Below are positions 46,721 to 55,933 of a DNA stretch of 55,933 bases, in pieces. Both the position numbers and the translations under genes were made by a program. The notes under the pieces are model-generated. The model made no database searches, was not told where the DNA came from, and was given only the letters and a program-made list of their open reading frames with translations. This stretch comes from Sphaerodactylus townsendi (lineage: Eukaryota). Location of the stretch: NCBI RefSeq assembly GCF_021028975.2, contig NC_059439.1, forward strand, positions 39,316,068 through 39,372,000, read 5' to 3'. Within the stretch, counting starts at the first letter, position 1. Each line of letters starts with the position of its first letter.

Positions 46721-47399
46721 AAGCAAGCTGTGGCGAGTCGTTGCCGCTGCGCTTGGAGCGAGGAGGGGGCTTCTCCGAATCACGCCCGACAGCAGAGCCC
46801 CTCGGCAAACCGGGCTGCACCGTCCAGCACCCCCGGAAGCGCCTCTCGGCCTCATGGCTCTCATCGGTGGGCAGCACAGCCACTGCAGCCGGACAGCGAG
46901 AGAGCAGCCTCGGGGGCTCAGCGGCCAGGTCCTGAGAAGGGGTCCCCGCCCTGAGGCCAGCGTGCTCTTTGCCGGGGCTGGGGTGGGTGGGTGTGTCAGC
47001 GCCTCCTGTCTGTTTCGAAGGCGCGACTCATAAAATGGGAAGAGACCACCAGGGGCCCCCCCATCCCACCCACCCCCGCCATGCAGGAAGGCACAATCGG
47101 AGCACTCTGGCCAGGTGGCCACCCAGCCTGTTTAAAAACCTCCAAACATTAAGGTGAGTTCAGGACCGGGCGGGACCGTGAACTCCTTGAGGAAGATGCA
47201 CCAGGAAGAAGTGGCAGGGGCTGATGGGAACTGTAGTCCATGAACATCTGGAGCACCATAGGTTGGCCTCCTCTAACGCACAGCCTCAACCTAACAAGTC
47301 TGTTGGGAGGACAGAATACAGGACAAGAGAAGAACTTGCTTTGGGTTCCCGCAGAACAGCAAGATGTGAATGAAGAAAGCAAGTAAATAAACAAATGGG

Positions 47400-48270
47400 G
47401 ACGGCGCTCATCTTTTTCCTCCCGGTCAACAGACGCGCATCCAAACAGGAGTCAGAGCCCTCGTACCTTTTCCCCTTATGCCCTCACTCGGCCTCTGCAG
47501 AGGCCAATTCGCTGGTGGTCCCGACCCCCTCAATGATACGGCTAGCCTCCACCCGGGCCAGAGCCTTGGCCTCTGCCTGGTGGAATTCTTTACCATCAAC
47601 TATTAGGACCCTGTGGGGGCTTGAGCACTTCTGTAGGGCCTGCAAAACGGAATTGTTACGCCAGGCTTTTTTTTTTTAGGGTGGGGGGTGTTAGCCTCTG
47701 AAAAGGATGCCATCCCCTGGAGCAGCAGTGGCGTAGGAGGTGAAGAGCTCGTGTATCTAATCTGGAAGAACCGAGTTTGATTCCCAGCTCTGCCGCCTGA
47801 GCTGTGGAGGCTTCTCTGGGGGATTCAGAGTAGCCTGGGCACTCCCACCCACGCCAGCTGGGTGACCTTGGGCTAGTCACAGCTCTTCTGAGCTCTCTCA
47901 GCCCCACCCACCTCACAGGGTGTTTGTTGTGAGGACGGGGGAAGGGCAAGGAGATTGTCAGCCCCTTTGAGTCTCCTGCAGGAGAGAAAGGGGGGGATAT
48001 AAATCCAAACTCTTCTTCTATTTCAACTGGTGTGCTGATGTCTATTCAATCTGACACGGCTATGCCCCCACGACCACCCTCGCGACACGAATTAGAATGC
48101 TCTTCTCGCCATCCGATCTTATATAATATGTATGTTAATATTCTGTATTGGTTTTATGTTATTTGTAATTGGTTTTTACCTTGGTAAGTTTTAATATGTA
48201 TCGTACGCCGCCCAAAGCCCTTCAGGGGTGGGCGGTATATTAAATCTAATAAATAAAATAAATAAAGCAA
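47400..48270 (+). mobile_element. L2-type LINE 3' remnant interrupted by a SINE
   Basis: Remnant peptide RLASTRARA..AWWNSLP...CKTELLRQAF and 3' end CGCCGCCCAAAGCCCTTCAGGGGTGGGCGGTATATTAAAT(TAAA)n. Confidence 0.7.
47719..48019 (+). mobile_element. Full-length Squam3-like SINE
   Basis: Matches the consensus. Confidence 0.9.
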
Positions 48271-50302
48271 AGCCCTCGCTGCTTCTGTGCCCGGAGGGGG
48301 GGGGGTCTTAATCCACCAGAACAAATTACGAACACAACCATTGCTTCCACACACACACCCATCCCCACGTAATGGAAGCTGAATGTTCTGGGATGGGTGG
48401 GGAGAAGATAACGCCTGTTTCAGGGCCTCGCGGGAAAAGTGGCCAGGAGGCAGTGTAGCGTTTGTGCCGTCTGCTTGTCTACCAAGCCCCCTGGCGACCC
48501 CCACGGGGGCAGCTGGCTTCACCCCCTGGCTTCACCTTCAAGGCCAACAAAGAGCTCTGTGGACTGCAGAGGCCGCTCCTGGCTTTGTGCTATTTAATCA
48601 GATCAGCTGGGGCTGCTTTGGGGCAATGCCAGCCCCCCCCCCAACTTCCTCTCTGCCAACCTGCAATTCTGCCTCATACAATCCTCCCATGACCCCCCCT
48701 CCCCTCCCACACAAAGAATGGCAGCTTTCTTTACTAATACTGCTCAAACAGCCAATTTGGCTCTGAACACTGACACACTAAGACTAAAAGAAAAGAAAAA
48801 TATATGTATTTGTTTATATAAAATGGGGAAAAACCTGGCAACTGCCAATATAATGTTAAAATCCACTCCTGCTAAAAGAAACCACCAATTATCTAATTCA
48901 CACCTGGTTAAAAGGTTTCAGCCATTTACCTCTGGCCACAACTGAAGTCTTTAGAAGGATGTCGATTTGACCGCAACCCCAACAGCACATTCAGTCACGG
49001 AACGCCACCTTATTTAAACAACCCAATAGTTCCCCTAATGGAATAGCCTCCGATCTAGCCAACATAAATAGCCGTGTGTAACCTAGGATTATCAGGGAGT
49101 CAAAATGTGTTGGAAGAGATTGTGGCCACATTGTATAAAGGTGAACGTACGTGACGTGTTCTTGTCACCGTGCTTCTAAAAACCAGTTTTTGCAAGCAGC
49201 TAAAGATAAAAGAAAGGGCAGCTGACGGCCCACGGTCTTTAATGGCAACCTTCAATATGGCAGGTGATAAATATATCCTCCCCACCACCACCACAGCCCA
49301 GGGTCAGATGTGCGATCTACATGCCTCGAGCATGCACAGAGTCCCTTGTGGGGGTGCAAGACAAAAGCAGTCCACGCTGCTCTGGAAAGAGATGGCAGGA
49401 TCCAACCCCAAATGGCTACTGCCCCCTGGAAGGCTCAGCCAACCACCACCCCTACCCGGGCCCCATTCTAGGAGTGAATCCCATTCTCCTCTTAATTCCT
49501 ACTCACCCTGCAGACCCAGCCAGAGACCACGGGCTACCCCTAGCAATGGGTTTCCAAAGCCCCCCCCCCCCCCCCCCCCGCAATAAGCCTAGTTTCACAC
49601 GTTTAATTCCATCCCAAGGGGCTAGGCTACATATCTTCACTGTGCCACCACTATTGGGCTATCTCCCAGCAGAGTCAATGCAAGCATAAGGGCTTCGTCA
49701 AGCCATAAAGAAAAAATTTAATTGTGTTCCCCTGCCAGGGGGGTGGGGATGAGAAACCAGAGGAGGATCTTGCAGGCAGCAGCCTTGGAATGGAGAAATG
49801 GAAACATTTGGGGAAGACACAGGAAGGACAAACCAAAAGGAAGAGTGGGCGGAGAAGCAGAGAGCACTTCCGTTTCCGCTCCCTCCGCTGCCAATAACTT
49901 AAAGAGTCTTAGAATGATCTTTTCTCTTTGAAAAACTGGGAGGGTAAAAGCCCCAGGCAGGCGGAAAGCCGCCCCCTTCGTTGGTCCTCAGCTCAGAAAG
50001 AGACACACAATCCTCCCCCCCCAGTCACAAAGACGCCATGGGGGTCTTGGGCAAACTGGAATTAAGGCATGGACTCTCCTCCCATGCAAACGATGAATGC
50101 AGCCCTGGAGAAGTGCAAGAGCAGCAGGAGAGGAAGTGGCACTGCTAGACTCCGCACACTGGGCTCGTTTTGTGACCTTACAGGGGGGAGGGGGGCGCCC
50201 TACAAGTCCCACGATGCTCTCTGCTTCCTGATTGCGGCCCCTGCTAGGCCGGTCTTCCAACTGCTGCAGCCTTCCCGGAGCGGTGTGGGCCCAGGCCTGT
50301 CT

Positions 50303-55878
<5,576 letters not shown>

Positions 55879-55933
55879 CTGGAAGACAAAAGCGGAGTTA
55901 CAGGCAGGAGGGACGGGGTCGCCCGCCAGGCCC

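Overview
Eukaryotic (vertebrate) genomic DNA. The CORE-type tRNA SINEs, Sauria/5S-Sauria SINEs, CR1/L2 remnants and hAT MITEs point to a squamate reptile, probably a gecko (inference). It is a GC-rich, gene-dense block related to the human 7q22.1 SLC12A9-SRRT-UFSP1 region. I assembled six spliced genes by hand from splice signals and reading-frame phase: SLC12A9 (+, 13 coding exons, one U12-type intron), UFSP1 (+), an intact two-coding-exon GT31/B3GNT-like glycosyltransferase (+), SRRT/ARS2 (-, 19 coding exons), a 65-aa three-exon SERP/RAMP4-family gene (-) that the ORF track shows only as fragments, and the last 10 exons of a divergent ATP13A3-like P5B ATPase (-). The most notable points are the SERP-like and ATP13A3-like paralogs, which I do not know from the human locus, a candidate poison exon in SRRT intron 5, an AUG-initiated two-exon UFSP1, and transposon sequence supplying splice signals. 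Most ORFs in the supplied track are GC-rich noise.
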